A DNA stretch of 62,790 nt, filler included, from Sphacelaria rigidula (Eukaryota): the NCBI GenBank assembly GCA_964200075.2. It is 8 parts of 8 records of this genome, joined end to end, with 100 filler letters (N's around TTAATTAATTAA, not from the genome) between each part and the next. Parts side by side here need not be neighbours in the genome. Positions count along the whole stretch, not along the records: positions 55,031 to 62,790 come from CAXNAA020013542.1; 7 more parts are not named here. One strand, 5' to 3'. The position numbers and the translations under genes are program-made. Of this stretch, positions 60,541-62,790 are shown piece after piece. Every line of letters begins with the position of its first letter. The stretch's first letter is position 1. The notes beneath the pieces were generated by a model that worked only from the letters and a program-made list of their open reading frames with translations, made no database searches and was not told where the DNA came from.

Positions 60541-61519
60541 CATAGTATTTCAATTTCAGACCCGAGATTAGTGACAAATCGTTTGCTGATACGCTGCCCT
60601 ACCGGAAAATACTCCTTTGGGTGTTTCAAGAAGAAATCAATATAAAAACCGGCCGATATAGATAGACAATCCAACGATAAGCACGCTCGGTAGCACTGTC
60701 TTTAGGTGCTTTCGGCTACGTAGATGATGACTTGTTGAGAGTGGTGTTGGCTGCCTTCTAATTCACAATAATTATGGATGCCATTTCCCAAACACCTACC
60801 ACACGTCACGACGTATAACACCCCCAGAAGACATTCCAACCTCGATTTCCTCAAAAAAAAGGCCTTGTATTGCCAAAAAATATAGTATATCGAAAGATAT
60901 CGACGATAAATTTCCAAGGAGAATCCTCTCGAAGTTTGTCTACAGCATCTTGCGATATAATTGAGGTTGAAAAACTTTTCAGGGCGGGGAGGGGGGGTGA
61001 TATACCCCGTCAATATAAAGTGGTCTTCGCAGTGGGAGTCAAGGCCTACCATCCGGTGTTTACGGAGTTGTGAGGTGGGTCTCACGCTTTTCTATTAGAC
61101 TCTGTTCCTTTGTTGGTCGTGCAGTTCAATCAATCAATAGGAAGACTCTTGGGGGTTGTTTCTGTTCACATGGAACGAAATGCAAAGGGTAATCTCTCGT
61201 GACCATCACCAGAGACACGAGTTTCACCGCACGCGCGCATTCATCAGGAACGCATACAACAGTACGGTGGGCCTTTCTCTGCAGTTGCCTGTACAGGCAG
61301 CCTAGACACCGTTGATTGTGTTCTTACTTGAGCCTTGACGCTGCGCAGTGCATAAGATGTCGGCAGTCACAGCCGGTGATTTCGCGACCAATCATCGGTT
61401 GAGGTTGACCTGATTGATGGTTGCGGACGGTTTTGCCCTGCACAACAACAGTGCACTGTTCACGGCGTATTGTAAACATGTCTCTTTTTCCATCTGCTGC
61501 TCTACTTTTGTTGTCCAAG

Positions 61520-61649
61520 GAGCACACCAAGCACACCACCATGGGCGTTGGAGACATCTTTGTGGCCACAACCCTGGCCCCCTTGGTCGTGGTGCTGGCT
61601 AGCGTGAGCCTACAGCTTCTGACTCTCGGACTGGAGCAGGTCAAGAGAT
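61520..61649 (+). CDS. Probable coding exon of an unknown gene with a hydrophobic signal/TM segment
   Basis: Pyrimidine tract plus AAG acceptor, CACCATGG at 61541, reads MGVGDIFVATTLAPLVVVLASVSLQLLTLGLEQVKR, with a GTGAGT donor at 61650. Confidence 0.5.
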
Positions 61650-62790
61650 GTGAGTGGAGTGTTCCCTTATTTCATCGTATTTTTGGGCAATATGTGGCGC
61701 CGTTCTGCCGGTTTACTTGTTGTCACCGCAACTACAACGGACCATATTTGTTGGACGCGACTTCGTATACTGCAGAACGGTACATACTTCACAAGAGTAT
61801 AGAGTATGCTGACTGTCAGCACTCTTTAGGCGACGACGTTGTGGGCACTACCTCATCCTGAATGATCGCATGCAAGATGCAAGATTAAGAAAACAGAGTC
61901 GGGGGAGGGAGGCATATTGATGAGAAAGAAGTCAATTGGGGATCGGAATCAGAAAGTAATATCAATAAGATACGGCCATTGGCTCGCTACTACCGTGAAC
62001 CGTATTGACCAACCTGCTCTCGATTTTCTAAGCGTGAGGAAGACCCGAACGCTTAACCCTTAGACGACCAACCTTGCCTCGGAACAGTTGTACAGGCTGA
62101 CAGTTCCGAGACAGCCGGGGGTTTCCAGAGTCGGGGGGGGTGCTTTTTGACGCGGAGGGTGTTCCTCGGCGTAGCATCGGAGAAGCTCATGGAGTCAACC
62201 ATGTGTGTTTGAAAATTTCCCGCGGGAAATTATGAGCCGTGCACGAGGCCCGAGAGGCGCGGGATGACCATTCTGACCAATCAGGGCCTGTCTTAATGAA
62301 GGGGATAATCCCCTTTTTCAAAATCCCCTTTTTGAAAAACGACTGGTGATTGGTCGCTGCGATACCACCCTCTCCAGAAAATCCCCTCAACGTACACAGA
62401 AATCCCCTTTTGAAAAGGGGATTTCCGGACACATCGAAGGGGAACATACGCGCCCAGTTGACAGGGGCACATGCAAAGGCTCACCACACAGCCCAACACA
62501 ACCAGAGCTGAACCTGAGGAACTTGGTGGCCCCGCAAGCCAAAACTACACAGCTCGAGCCCTAGCTGCTCATCAGCTGCGCACGTTGTGCGTGACCTTGC
62601 TCAAATCTGTTCAGATTTCATTGAGAAATGATGATTTGTGAGACGCGCGCGCAGCACACGCTCACGAAAGGGTCAGCAACAACACGTTTTCGGTTGTTTT
62701 TGACACGCATGCGGCCGCCATTCGTCCAATTCAAAACGGATTTCTGTCAAACAAAGACTGTCGTGTGTATATCAGCAAGGGCTGGCAGTG

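Overview
This is repeat-rich eukaryotic nuclear DNA, probably from a brown alga or related stramenopile (inferred from 72-bp single-repeat LRR exons and the GT-AG intron style). The window is not one locus. It is eight unrelated contigs of 7760-7762 bp, sorted by size and joined by a 100-bp artificial spacer (44 N + TTAATTAATTAA + 44 N). Most ORFs in the supplied track are spurious. Supported coding content: (i) a multi-exon gene in contig 5 in which each symmetric phase-1 exon of 105 or 108 bp encodes one charged six-cysteine repeat, ending in an Arg/Gly-rich tail; (ii) two 72-bp LRR exons; (iii) a MsrA exon; (iv) a probable kinesin-9/KIF6 terminal exon. Supported mobile DNA: a chromodomain Ty3/Gypsy LTR element with both LTRs and a TSD but lacking the RT core, an intron-containing MULE/SWIM transposase, a tRNA-derived SINE-like head, and many MITE/foldback elements. 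The most intriguing signals are the one-repeat-per-exon Cys-rich gene, the telomere-repeat-carrying MITE family clustered in and around it, and a ~930-bp element bounded by T-shaped, AAV-ITR-like nested palindromes.
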